Source of the DNA: Deltaproteobacteria bacterium | GTDB lineage: Bacteria > Myxococcota_A > Polyangia > Fen-1088 | NCBI GenBank assembly: GCA_033763315.1 | Contig: JANRKS010000031.1 | Span: 239,015 to 303,014 of the forward strand | DNA: 64,000 nt | Direction: 5' to 3' | Shown: positions 10,039 through 19,628 of the stretch, in pieces | Position numbering within the stretch: position 1 is the first letter of the stretch | Layout of the letters: every line of letters starts with the position of its first letter | Notes under the pieces: generated by a model | Seen by the model: the letters and a program-made list of their open reading frames with translations, nothing else | Told to the model about the DNA's origin: nothing | Databases searched by the model: none | Translations under genes and position numbers: made by a program

Positions 10039-10956
10039 TTATCCGTTCTCGATCAGCTGGCGCGCCTGTTCGGCCAACGAGTCCATGTTCGGTGCCTCAC
10101 ACCCTTCGACATTAAACAGCCCAGCCGCTTCTGTGATGCCGATCTCGGCACGCGCGAGCGCTGCCTTTAGCGGATCTGCATTTCGGAACCCAGCACCGTG
10201 ACCGTTGTTCTTCAACGTCTGTGCCGATCCACCTTCGATCCAGGCATCGGCGAGGACGCCGGCAATGGCCGAGAGGCGTCCCAAGCGAGCGATGGCGTCG
10301 TCGCCCCCGTCTGTTCGCCCGTGGCTCAACGCCACCGCACGGACTAAGTCGTCGGGAAAGTTCCACCGCTGCAGCAACCACGCGCCAATCTCGCAGTGGT
10401 CGACGCCCATGCGTTCCTGCTCCACGGTGGCAAGGGCCGCATGATTAGTACCGGTCTCGAGGACAAGGACTTCGTACACCTCGCCGAGCACCGTCATGAA
10501 CGCCAGACTTCCAATGTCTTGCAGAAGCGCCGCTAAGGCCGCTTCCTCGCCAGGTAGCCCCGTCCATCGGTCGAGCGCGGTTAACTCTCGTGCGAAGACG
10601 CTGGCCAAAACGCTTCGGCGCCAGAACGAGCGGTAGGCCGTGCCCTTGCCTTTGGCGAAGGCCACAAGAGCAAAGGACAGCACGACGTTTCGCACCTGCC
10701 GCGGGCCGAGCATGGTCACGGCCTGCGAGACCGTTCGCGCAGGCTGCCGTAGGGCGAATGCCGCCGAGTTCGCGTAGCGGAGGACCTTTGCCGCCATGGC
10801 CGGATCGTCGGCGACGACGCGGGCGACGTCGACGACTTCGGGCAACGCGCCGTCTTTCCAAAACGCGACAATCCTTTGAGCTACGGCTGGAAGGGTGGGC
10901 AGGGCCGGATCTTGTTCGAGCCGGAATCGTATGGCGTGCGGCAGTGTCGGCGTCAT
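10039..10956 (-). CDS. HDOD domain protein
   Basis: LPTLPAVA, DPAMAAKVLRYANSAAF, AVTMLG, FWRRS, ALLQDIG, DHCEIGAWLLQRWNFP. Confidence 0.93.
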   Translation of the reverse strand: MTPTLPHAIRFRLEQDPALPTLPAVAQRIVAFWKDGALPEVVDVARVVADDPAMAAKVLRYANSAAFALRQPARTVSQAVTMLGPRQVRNVVLSFALVAFAKGKGTAYRSFWRRSVLASVFARELTALDRWTGLPGEEAALAALLQDIGSLAFMTVLGEVYEVLVLETGTNHAALATVEQERMGVDHCEIGAWLLQRWNFPDDLVRAVALSHGRTDGGDDAIARLGRLSAIAGVLADAWIEGGSAQTLKNNGHGAGFRNADPLKAALARAEIGITEAAGLFNVEGCEAPNMDSLAEQARQLIENG

Positions 10957-11280
10957 CGGGCACGCCTTGGCGTCTTGCCGGTCTCCATTTGGCCGCCCAG
11001 GGCGAGCGCCGCTCCCCAGGGGCCCGTAGCCCACGGCGCTCGCCCTTTGCTGCAAGAGAAGGCGCCACCAGTCGATGCGAGCCGCCCACCACGAAAGCTG
11101 CGCTTACGTGGCTCGGGTCGCGAACTGCCTCTTTGTGTATTGTGGAGCATGCCCGCTGTCATCTCCTGCGTATAGGTCAACGTATATCACGCGTTGCTCA
11201 GAATAACAGCCAGTTTGTATGGTGCCTATACTACTACGTTCTCGTGGGGGAAGGCCGAACCGGAAAAGGTGCCTGGCTAC

Positions 11281-11649
11281 ATGCACAGGCGCCGGGACAA
11301 AGACTTAGGACGCAAAATTGGGGATGCGATTGCCAAGGGGCGACGCGATCTGGGCTGGACGCAAGAGCGTCTGGCCGAGGCGCTGGATATCTCTGTTGTG
11401 CATGCCGGTCTGCTCGAGCGCGGTCAACGGCTCCCATCAATCCCGACGCTCATTTCAATGGCCCAGGTGCTGGGGCTGTCCCTCGATAGCTTGTTTTTGC
11501 AGAAGCGCCAAGGCGGGGCCAAGTCGGTGGACGAAGTAAGCCGATTGGTAAACGCTCTCAATACCGAGATGCGGCCGATGGTTATCGCGTTTTTACGCGC
11601 AGGCGCGGCGTCGGCGCGGCCAAAGGCTACCGGGCGCAGGCGCTCGTAG
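11281..11649 (+). CDS. XRE-family HTH transcriptional regulator
   Basis: RRDLGWTQERLAEALDIS...LERGQRLPSIPTL. Confidence 0.88.
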   Translation: MHRRRDKDLGRKIGDAIAKGRRDLGWTQERLAEALDISVVHAGLLERGQRLPSIPTLISMAQVLGLSLDSLFLQKRQGGAKSVDEVSRLVNALNTEMRPMVIAFLRAGAASARPKATGRRRS

Positions 11650-12304
11650 CCGCAGTGGCGGAAGGTGCGTCCCCGCGGGAATTCCGTCGCTGCGCTGCCA
11701 AGTTGAGGACGAGGTGGTCGTGCCACAGGCAGTTTAGTGTTTTGGCAGCGGCAGCTTTGGTCGCAACGCCGCGAGTTTGCGGCGAAAACGTAAATCATGA
11801 GCCCCTAAAAAGTAGCCACAGGCACGTCGCCGTGGCACACGCAGCCGTGGCGGCACGGTCGAAAATCAAGACGTGCGCCCGCCTCGCAATATCGCGATCT
11901 TGCGCTGCAGGTGCGGGGTATGCCGGCTAACAGCAATCGATACCCTCCAACAACCGTGCCTGAGGCAGCACGGGTTTGCCGTGGCATAAAAGCTTGCGTC
12001 GTAAGTCCGCGAACAGGCGCGAAACGAAGCATTCTCAAATCCCTGCCGCACTCGCTTTTACCAGCTCAGTCCTCGGTTTTGGTCGAGGCGTCGAGGCTTT
12101 TCGGTCTTTGCTACGCTCTTGCAGGGCCAAGGGACTGGTGCCACACAGAAACGCGCTACCACTTCTCACTCTGAGGTGGGCCGTACACGTCCTGTGGCGC
12201 AGCACCACCCGTGGGCGACGATGACAAGCGCCCCCTGGGGGCCGATAATCTGCCCCCTTTGCTCCCTTCAGAAACTCCGACACTTGACTTGAGCGGCGCA
12301 CGGT

Positions 12305-12344
12305 CGTTGACGCTAAATTCCAGTTGCGTTGACGACAATTCGTC
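12305..12344. promoter_or_regulatory. Tandem CGTTGACG..AATTC boxes, candidate operator/promoter
   Basis: cgttgacgctaaattc (12305) and cgttgacgacaattc (12327) are 22 bp apart, upstream of the XRE gene at 12419; each contains TTGACG. Confidence 0.4.
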
Positions 12345-12418
12345 GCGACTCGGGCGGCTACGCCTCTTCCCGGAACAAAAGTTTCTAAGGCAGTGGGGTC
12401 ACGTTAAACTCGCGATTT

Positions 12419-13315
12419 GTGGACCAACCTACGCAAAATTTCGGATCACGCCTCAAGGACGCGCGCCGAGCCGCAGGGCTTACTCGAGCGGAGCTGGCCG
12501 AACGAGTGGGGCTATCACTCGACTACCTTCGTTATTTCGAGAACGGAGGTGCCATCAGTTGGCCCACCGCTGAAATTATCGGCCAAGCCCTGGGCATGCA
12601 ATCAGGAGCGCTCATGGTCGAGTCCGTCGAACACATGCGCAAGAAGGCATTGCGGCCCGAGGAGTTACCACACCTTGCCTGGAACGAGTCCAAGCTTGTT
12701 GAAGAGTTTGCGGCCATGGGGCTCAACATCCATCCGGCGCACTGGACACTCAAGGTCAGGTTCCGGGGCGGCACGGTCGAATACTTGGACATATCGGCGG
12801 TGGACGTCGAGCGCTTTTGGCGTGCGTTCCGAGGCGACCATGATGACCAGATGTTTTTCGGTTTCGATTCTGTGGGCAGGACAAGAGCGATCAACTTGGC
12901 ATCGATCGTCTATGCGCATGTGCTGTTCGATGGGCCCGGGGGCTCTCTGCTATCGGAGGATGACGCATGCCAAATCAAGGTGCTGTTTGTGGATTCGGCA
13001 GAGAAAGCTACCTTCGGGTCGGAGCCGGACGAGCCCACCGACTACGAAAACGATCCGGACGCTTCGCTGCCGAATCTCGCCTCGTTTTTGGACGACTTGG
13101 AAAACTGCCCACATGCTGGGATGATCAGTGGTTTCGACGATGAGGATGGAGAGCGTGTCGAATTCCAACTGGAACAAGTCTGCATGATCGAAGTTTCCCA
13201 ATACCTGCTGTGGGGGTACGACGATGACGATCACGACGAAGACATGGGCGAAGAAAGCCGCGAGATCGACGAGGCGCCTCGCAAGGAACGCCTAGGCCCG
13301 CGACTTGTGAAGTGA
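12419..13315 (+). CDS. XRE HTH protein with acidic C-terminal domain (repressor-like)
   Basis: FGSRLKDARRAAGLTRAELAERVGLS...FENG. Confidence 0.8.
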   Translation: MDQPTQNFGSRLKDARRAAGLTRAELAERVGLSLDYLRYFENGGAISWPTAEIIGQALGMQSGALMVESVEHMRKKALRPEELPHLAWNESKLVEEFAAMGLNIHPAHWTLKVRFRGGTVEYLDISAVDVERFWRAFRGDHDDQMFFGFDSVGRTRAINLASIVYAHVLFDGPGGSLLSEDDACQIKVLFVDSAEKATFGSEPDEPTDYENDPDASLPNLASFLDDLENCPHAGMISGFDDEDGERVEFQLEQVCMIEVSQYLLWGYDDDDHDEDMGEESREIDEAPRKERLGPRLVK

Positions 13316-13768
13316 GCGCCGAGCGCTGAATTTTACGGCTCGGTCTCCGCGCACGTGGCAGAGGTGGGCGCCTTGAACGAGGCCAATTCGATCACGCCTC
13401 ACACACGGTCACGTTGGCCGTTTCGCAACGCACGTTTTGGCCACCCGCCCGACATTGCGACGAGATGAACAGGCGCAAACCTTCACGCACCCTCAAACAC
13501 TGAGTCTTTGGTGGCAAGCGTCTGAGCTCCCGACGTTCGGTGCCGCGACGATTTCGCGAGCTTGCGCGCCAAATGGGCGACCTCGCGGCTAACAGTAACC
13601 AACATCGCCCCATCACCTGCTGACGGCGGCGGAGGTGCTACCGCGGCCAAGCGGCTCGGTTCTGTGGGTGCGCGATATTCAGGCGTGTTGTTTTTCCGCT
13701 TCTGCATTTTTCGCCAGGTTGATGTCCCCAAAACGCTCCCAAAAAGGGCTTAACAGGAGGGGAGGACG

Positions 13769-13993
13769 TTGCGGATGGTGGAGGAAGAATGGGAAGTCGA
13801 TGCAAGCACCTCGTCGTCGGGCCTCGTCCCGGGCGTGGCGGAGGGCCGAAAGGCTGTAGCGGCCATCTTGGCGCGAGGCGTTTTGCGGGTTTTGGCGAAA
13901 CGCCGTTTGGTCGCAGAGACGACTTGCTTGTCGCCGCCAAGCAAGCCTTGCTTGGACACGGTTAACACTGGAGAGGAGCCCACAAGTGTCTGA
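13769..13993 (+). CDS. Small protein of the DUF2924/recombinase module
   Basis: SD GGAGG; RKAVAAILARGVLRV helix; overlaps the DUF2924 start. Confidence 0.55.
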   Translation: MRMVEEEWEVDASTSSSGLVPGVAEGRKAVAAILARGVLRVLAKRRLVAETTCLSPPSKPCLDTVNTGEEPTSV

Positions 13994-14474
13994 GTCAATG
14001 CTTAACGAAATCAGGGTTTTGTCGAAGATGTCGGTCGCCGACCTGCGCCTTCGGCATGTCGAACTATTCGGCGAGGAATCACGCAGCCGCAACCGAGACT
14101 ACCTCTGGAAACGCATTGCCTGGCGTATTCAAGAAGTCGCCGAAGGCGGCCTCGACGAGCGAGTGAAAGCAAAAGCCAGGGAACTGGCGCGCGACCCTGA
14201 TTTGCGGGTCACGCAGCCTCGCCCATTGAGGGGAGTAACGGTGGTCGACACGACCAAGGGCACCAACCTCAAAGACGAGCGACTACCGGAGCCTGGCACG
14301 ACTTTGCAGCGAGAGTTTCGCGGCCGTACGTACTCGGTAGCTGTACTGCCGGACGGCTTCGAATACGAAGGCGAGCGCTTCAAGTCATTATCTGCCGTTG
14401 CGCGCATGATTACCGGGACCCGCTGGAACGGCCTCGCGTTCTTCGGAATCGCCGGTGCCAAGGAGCCTGCCTAA
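13986..14474 (+). CDS. DUF2924 domain protein
   Basis: RIAWRIQE..EGGL, PGTTLQREFRG, FEYEGERFKSLSAVARMITGTRWNGLAFFG. Confidence 0.92.
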   Translation: MSESMLNEIRVLSKMSVADLRLRHVELFGEESRSRNRDYLWKRIAWRIQEVAEGGLDERVKAKARELARDPDLRVTQPRPLRGVTVVDTTKGTNLKDERLPEPGTTLQREFRGRTYSVAVLPDGFEYEGERFKSLSAVARMITGTRWNGLAFFGIAGAKEPA

Positions 14475-16075
14475 TGGCATCGAAGGCTTTAGTCACAACG
14501 CCCGCGCGGCGTGTGTGCGCCATTTACACGCGCAAGTCCACTGAGGAGGGACTCGACCAAGAATTCAATACGCTCGACGCCCAGCGCGAAGCGGGCGAGG
14601 CGTACGTACAAAGCCAAAGGACTGAAGGTTGGGAAGTCTCCCCGACTCGCTACGACGATGGCGGTTATACGGGCGCCAACACGGACCGCCCAGCGCTACA
14701 AAGGCTACTAGCCGACATCCAGCGCGGAATGGTGGATGTAGTTGTGGTCTACAAGATCGACCGGCTTTCACGCAGCTTGCTCGATTTCGCGAAGCTCATA
14801 GAGGTGTTCGACAAGAACAAGGTCTCATTGGTGGCCGTCACGCAGCAGTTCAACACGTCGACCTCGCTTGGGCGCCTGGTGCTCAACATCCTGCTGTCCT
14901 TCGCTCAATTCGAGCGTGAAATGATAGCTGAACGCACCCGCGATAAGATGCGTGCGGCCCGACGTAAGGGCAAGTGGATAGGCGGCACGATGCCGTTCGG
15001 TTACGACGTCAAAGACAAGAAGCTCGTCATCAACGACGAAGAGACGCAGAAGGTTAAAGCGCTCTTCGACATGTATCTTGAGCATCATTCGGTCCTGAAG
15101 CTCGTCGAGCACGCCAATGGCCTTGGTTGGCGCGCGAAGAGCTGGACGACGAAAAAAGGCATCGAGCATCACGGAGGGACCTGGACAAAAAGCATGATGG
15201 GGCGGCTACTTCGTAACCCGCTTTATATGGGCAAGGTCTCGATCGACGGCGAACTCTTCGACGGCGAGCACGAGGCAATCGTCGACGAAACGAAGTTCAC
15301 GCGGGTGGCGGCGCAGCTCGACGCTGGCCGCAATGGCAGGGACGTGGTGGCCAGGAACCTGCACGGGTTTATGCTGCGGGGCTTGGTTCGCTGCGTAACC
15401 TGCAAAAGCGCCATGATTTCATCGACCGGGCGCTCGAAGGGCAAGGACTATCGCTATTACACGTGCCTCTCCGTCAGGCAAAAGGGCACGGGCGCTTGCT
15501 CGGTGAGAAGCGTGCCTGCCCAAGCGCTCGAGGATTTCGTTGTCGAACGCATACGCGATGTCGCCAAGGCTCCCTCGCTCATCACTGAGACGGTTGCTGC
15601 GGTCGCGGCTGAACGGATGGCCGCGCTGCCTGCGCTGTCTACGGAGCGCAAGCACCTTGAACATGAACGAGCCACCGTTCGGACAGAGGCGCGCAGCCTC
15701 GTCAGCCGACTCGCCAAGGCTGAAGTCAGCGCAGCGACATCGATTACGGAGCGGCTCGCGGAACTCGACCTAAGAACGGCGCAAATCGATGCACGCATTG
15801 CCGAAGTCGTAAGCCAGATTGCAGCTGCCCACGAAGGTGAGATTGCGCCCGAGACCATCGAGCAAGCGTTGAGCGCCTTTGATGAGGTTTGGGATGCACT
15901 TACCGTAAACGAGCGCGGCCGAGTCATTCGCCTCGTTGCCGAACGCATCGACTTCGACGGAATGGCGGGCACCTTATCGATCGCATATTCGCCGACGGGG
16001 CTCGCGCTCTTGCACGAGGAATCGAACAAACCCACCCACACGGGCAAACGTGGCCGTAAGGAGAAAGCAGCATGA
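14474..16075 (+). CDS. Large serine recombinase (resolvase, recombinase and Zn-ribbon domains)
   Basis: CAIYTRKS catalytic Ser, YDDGGYTG..DRPAL, YKIDRLSRS, FAQFEREMIAER, CxxC...YYTC..C. Confidence 0.96.
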   Translation: MASKALVTTPARRVCAIYTRKSTEEGLDQEFNTLDAQREAGEAYVQSQRTEGWEVSPTRYDDGGYTGANTDRPALQRLLADIQRGMVDVVVVYKIDRLSRSLLDFAKLIEVFDKNKVSLVAVTQQFNTSTSLGRLVLNILLSFAQFEREMIAERTRDKMRAARRKGKWIGGTMPFGYDVKDKKLVINDEETQKVKALFDMYLEHHSVLKLVEHANGLGWRAKSWTTKKGIEHHGGTWTKSMMGRLLRNPLYMGKVSIDGELFDGEHEAIVDETKFTRVAAQLDAGRNGRDVVARNLHGFMLRGLVRCVTCKSAMISSTGRSKGKDYRYYTCLSVRQKGTGACSVRSVPAQALEDFVVERIRDVAKAPSLITETVAAVAAERMAALPALSTERKHLEHERATVRTEARSLVSRLAKAEVSAATSITERLAELDLRTAQIDARIAEVVSQIAAAHEGEIAPETIEQALSAFDEVWDALTVNERGRVIRLVAERIDFDGMAGTLSIAYSPTGLALLHEESNKPTHTGKRGRKEKAA

Positions 16076-16572
16076 GCGCAATTCCCGCCAAGATTACCTA
16101 CAACTTTCGCCGCAGCCGCGCGCTGAGCAACACAGGCATCGAACTCGTGAATGTCGACGGGGTCAATGAGGACGAAATACGGGAAGGCTCACTCAACACT
16201 TCGTCCATCGCACCCGCAGCACAACCTGCAGGCAAGGTGCCTCGGATAACGCGGATGCTTGCGCTCGCGCACAAGTTCGAGGCCATGCTCAAGAGGGGGG
16301 AAGTAGAGTCTCTGGCTGACGTCGCGCGGGCCGGTCGCGTGACGCGAGCTCGGCTATCGCAGATCATGGATCTGGTTCTCCTCGCGCCCGACATTCAGGA
16401 GCAGATCATGGGTTTTGAGCGCGTGATGGCCGGCCGCGATCCAGTGACGATGCGTGACGTGCAAGCGCTGGTTCGGTTACCCTACTGGCCAGAGCAGCGT
16501 ACCGCGTGGCGCAGGATCCTAGACTGGCGAAGCGCAAAGGCGCCGTTGTTGGCAAGAAAGGCCGGTGGTTGA
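16072..16572 (+). CDS. Recombinase-associated HTH protein
   Basis: RMLALAH...G.VESLADVAR...TRARLSQIMDL..LAPDIQE, a family typically found next to DUF2924-LSR modules. Confidence 0.8.
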   Translation: MSAIPAKITYNFRRSRALSNTGIELVNVDGVNEDEIREGSLNTSSIAPAAQPAGKVPRITRMLALAHKFEAMLKRGEVESLADVARAGRVTRARLSQIMDLVLLAPDIQEQIMGFERVMAGRDPVTMRDVQALVRLPYWPEQRTAWRRILDWRSAKAPLLARKAGG

Positions 16573-16707
16573 CCTCCGTCGGCCGTTCACGCCAAGGCGC
16601 GATACGCATCGCAGCGCATGCCCATAGCAGTGAAAGCGCTTTGGCCCTTGAAGGCAGCGATTCTAGAAGGCATCGTCCTTGCGGGTGCTCCCCCTAAGGA
16701 TTTGCCT

Positions 16708-16732
16708 GGCCCCTCTTTAACTGAGAGGGGCC
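16708..16732. terminator. Hairpin between convergent genes
   Basis: GGCCCCTCT-ttaactg-AGAGGGGCC perfect 9-bp stem; no clear U-tract. Confidence 0.35.
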
Positions 16733-16776
16733 GGGCCCCCAACTCGCCGCTCTTGCTGCTCCATCTGCACGTGTAA

Positions 16777-17463
16777 TCACGAGTCAGAAAGAGTCTGGGG
16801 ATCTTGATCGTCAGCGTCTAAATCAGGCACCGCAATGGCGGGTGGGCTTGTCCTCGGATCGCGTGGCGCGCCCTCCTTTTCGGCGGAACGCAGCGCTCGC
16901 TTTGCAATGGCAATCAAGATGGGAATGGACGCGGTCATAAGAGACGCCGTAGCGGGCTCACCCACAGAATCTCCCGCTAGGGCGGTACCCACGAGTTTAC
17001 CGAAGATACCGCGGCGCTTGACGTAAGCCGTGGCCCACCGTTGGGCGATCGCCAATTCGATCTGGTCGGGTTTCATGCTCCGCCGCCGCTGCCATGACAA
17101 GAGCCGCGCTCGGCGTGCAATGAGCTTGCGAAAGAAGGCGCGGAAGACTTTACGCCGTAGCGGCCCTGTGGCCGCCTTTAAGCCCCGCGCCGCGTATTTG
17201 GTAGTGGAAGCCGTCAAAGCCAAAGGATGCGCCCGTAGCGCCACACGCGACGCCCTCGATGCGAGAGCGCGGGACCCGCGCTTGGCCCTTTTTATGACAT
17301 TGAGGGCTCCTGCCACTTCCGCAGGACACAGATCGCAATGCTTAGCCGCCCTTTGCAGCGGAACCCCCTGAGCTAGGGCCGTGGAGAAGCCTTTGAGGTG
17401 GGCCCGATAGGCGTAAGGCGCCCCTATAAGCAAGTCGAAAAGGCGATCGTCACTCTTCGCCAT
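16777..17463 (-). CDS. Highly basic hypothetical protein, possible virion core protein
   Basis: SD AAGGAG before ATG 17463; Arg/Lys/Ala-rich. Confidence 0.7.
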   Translation of the reverse strand: MAKSDDRLFDLLIGAPYAYRAHLKGFSTALAQGVPLQRAAKHCDLCPAEVAGALNVIKRAKRGSRALASRASRVALRAHPLALTASTTKYAARGLKAATGPLRRKVFRAFFRKLIARRARLLSWQRRRSMKPDQIELAIAQRWATAYVKRRGIFGKLVGTALAGDSVGEPATASLMTASIPILIAIAKRALRSAEKEGAPRDPRTSPPAIAVPDLDADDQDPQTLSDS

Positions 17464-18133
17464 CGTTCGCTCCTTGCAAAGCGTCTGCTGGCTTCCCATC
17501 CTCGGCGTGTTGCCCATTCCCAGCCTGTTCAGGTTTGGCTTGCTGGACAGGTGCGGAAACCGGCGCAGGGTTCTTGCGAGGCTGCACAGGCCGGAACTTG
17601 CCGGTTGCCGGATCGAGCACCTGGCCGAATTCGAGCGAATCGACGCGGCCTTCCTCGAAACGGGCGTCGAGCGCACTACAAAGAGCTGGCATCAAGTCGT
17701 CGACTTGACGAACCTGGCGGCCGAGTACCGTCGCAAGCTGACCAAGCACACGCGGCGGCACAAGGAGGCTGCGGCGCATCTCGTCGTATTCGGCGCGCAA
17801 TTGCCAGATTGTGCGCGGCGACTTCTTGGTCGTCATGACGACCTTGGGCAAACTCTTCTTTGCCTCGAAAAGAGCGAATACGGTGGCGGCGGTTTCGTCA
17901 TCCGGATCGCCATTTGCACTGGAGCGCTCGGTAAGACCAGCTCTTTGCAAGAGTACCGCGCGCACTTCGTCGGACCTATACTGCCAAACGCGGCTGCTCG
18001 TGCGCGTGGGGTGAAGTTGGTGGCCGTCCATCATGGCCACTTCCTCATCCGAGACGCCGAGAAGGCTCGCGACTTGCGCTCTCGCGAGCCGTCCTTTGGC
18101 CCCGTGGTCTGTTGACTTCGCCGTTTTATTCAT
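17450..18133 (-). CDS. MerR/excisionase-like HTH DNA-binding protein
   Basis: LARAQVASLLGVS...LHP....VWQYRSDEV; SD GGAGGAG. Confidence 0.7.
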   Translation of the reverse strand: MNKTAKSTDHGAKGRLARAQVASLLGVSDEEVAMMDGHQLHPTRTSSRVWQYRSDEVRAVLLQRAGLTERSSANGDPDDETAATVFALFEAKKSLPKVVMTTKKSPRTIWQLRAEYDEMRRSLLVPPRVLGQLATVLGRQVRQVDDLMPALCSALDARFEEGRVDSLEFGQVLDPATGKFRPVQPRKNPAPVSAPVQQAKPEQAGNGQHAEDGKPADALQGANDGEE

Positions 18134-18222
18134 CTTGCTCCCTCCCCCTTAAACAACCGTGACATGAAACGACTGCGTTCAGCTCTCGATCGAATATGAG
18201 CACGTGGATGAAAGAGACAAGT

Positions 18223-18765
18223 CAAATCCCGGGAGGATTTGCAGCGAGGCATTTGGCCCTTCGGCCGTGAGTAAATGAAGCGGCAACACAAGCACACGCA
18301 AGCCGGACGAAAACCAGCAACGTGCCGATTGTTGCTTTCGCGATTGCGCCGAAGACGCCTAAGGGACCGATATGACGGCATAGCGGTGCGGCAATTTCGC
18401 GGTCACAACGTGCCTTTTCTTCAGCACGTGCGGATGCATCGACACGCACCACCAAACACGGAGCCCGTCGCTTTCGTGACAGCGGCGTCGTCCGCGCCGT
18501 TTGGCGGACTTGCGAGCCATTAGGCGGCGACCGTGGGTGAGCAATATCGCTGCGTTTACTGCACGCGCTCGGTCGTTGCACGTACAGCATGTGGCAGCAG
18601 CAAGTCCGCGAAAACACGTCGGGGCATTCGGGCACTCATCGAAAATGGCGTTCTGTAATCCGCGTCTTGCCGGAAAAACTCGCCGCCACGCTGGCAAGAC
18701 TCTTTCGGGCCCCGACACTTTGTGAGCAATCGCTGCTGCAGGCGGCAATGCTTGCCTCGGGTCGC
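18223..18765 (+). ncRNA. Candidate large structured non-coding element, copy 1
   Basis: Diverged direct repeat of 18828-19369; conserved stems with one compensatory change and G-U pairs favouring the + strand. Confidence 0.55.
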
Positions 18766-18827
18766 AGGCAAAAGCGCTTAAGACCATTGAGTGTGGCTAC
18801 TCGAAATCATCCATCGTAATGACTCAA

Positions 18828-19369
18828 CAGATCCGGGGGATTTGCAGCGATGGGTTGGGCCCCAGCTGCCTTCGAGTGAACCAAAAGCGCAGACACGAGC
18901 ACAAGCAAACGGGCCAAAAGCCAGCAACGTGCTGATTCTGGCCGTCGTTGTTTCGCCATAGCCGGCTAAACCGCCGATATGACGGCATAGTGACGCGGCA
19001 ATTGCAGATCACGAGGTGCCTTTTTATCTGCAGGTGCAGACACATCGACGACCAGCACAAACAACAAGCACAACGATTTCGTCATCGCACCGACTGTCGC
19101 CTCGTTTGGCGGACTTAGAAGCGGTTTGGTCGCTTCGTTCGGCGAGCATTGTTGGTCTCTTGACTGCACACGCTTGGTTGTTGCACGTGCCGCACGCGGC
19201 GGCAGCAAGTCCGCGAAAAGACGTCGAGGCATTCGGGCACTTATCGAAAAATGCGTTTCCGTGACGGGCGTTTTGCCAAAGACGTCGGGGCCACGCTGGC
19301 AAAACTGTTCGGGACCGAGCGCTTTGTGGGCTGTTTCCGCCGCAGGTACAAATTCTCGCCTCGGGTGGC
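18828..19369 (+). ncRNA. Candidate large structured non-coding element, copy 2
   Basis: Offset of about 605 bp from copy 1; shared blocks GGATTTGCAGCGA, CCAGCAACGTGC, CCGATATGACGGCATAG, GTTTGGCGGACTT, GCAGCAAGTCCGCGAAAA, GGCATTCGGGCACT, GCCACGCTGGCAA, GCCTCGGGT. Confidence 0.55.
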
Positions 19370-19628
19370 CACCATAAACGCTGCAGACGAATGACTGGGG
19401 ATGAGCAAGAGCGTCTCCCGCAATAGCTCGACGGGGTGTCCATCTATCTATATGCGAGGGGGGTCGAACATCGCGGAGGGCCGGCGGGAGGTTCATCGAG
19501 AATCGTCGACCATTGTCACCGATCGTTGGCGTCGCGGAAGGCGCTTGCAAAAGCTCCCGGGTTCGGCTCGACAGAACTTGATTGACGGTCCACACCTAAA
19601 TCATGGGCAAGGGGGATGGGAGGTCAAC

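Noticed and set aside
11924-13596. Shared 10-mers CGGCTAACAG and GAACAGGCGC in two intergenic gaps
   Set aside because: Opposite order in the two gaps; compatible with chance.
18130-19595. Cys/Arg-rich ORFs on both strands over the tandem repeat (e.g. MPSYR... pairs)
   Set aside because: Their similarity follows from DNA-level duplication; frames break at single-base indels and there are no convincing SD sites.
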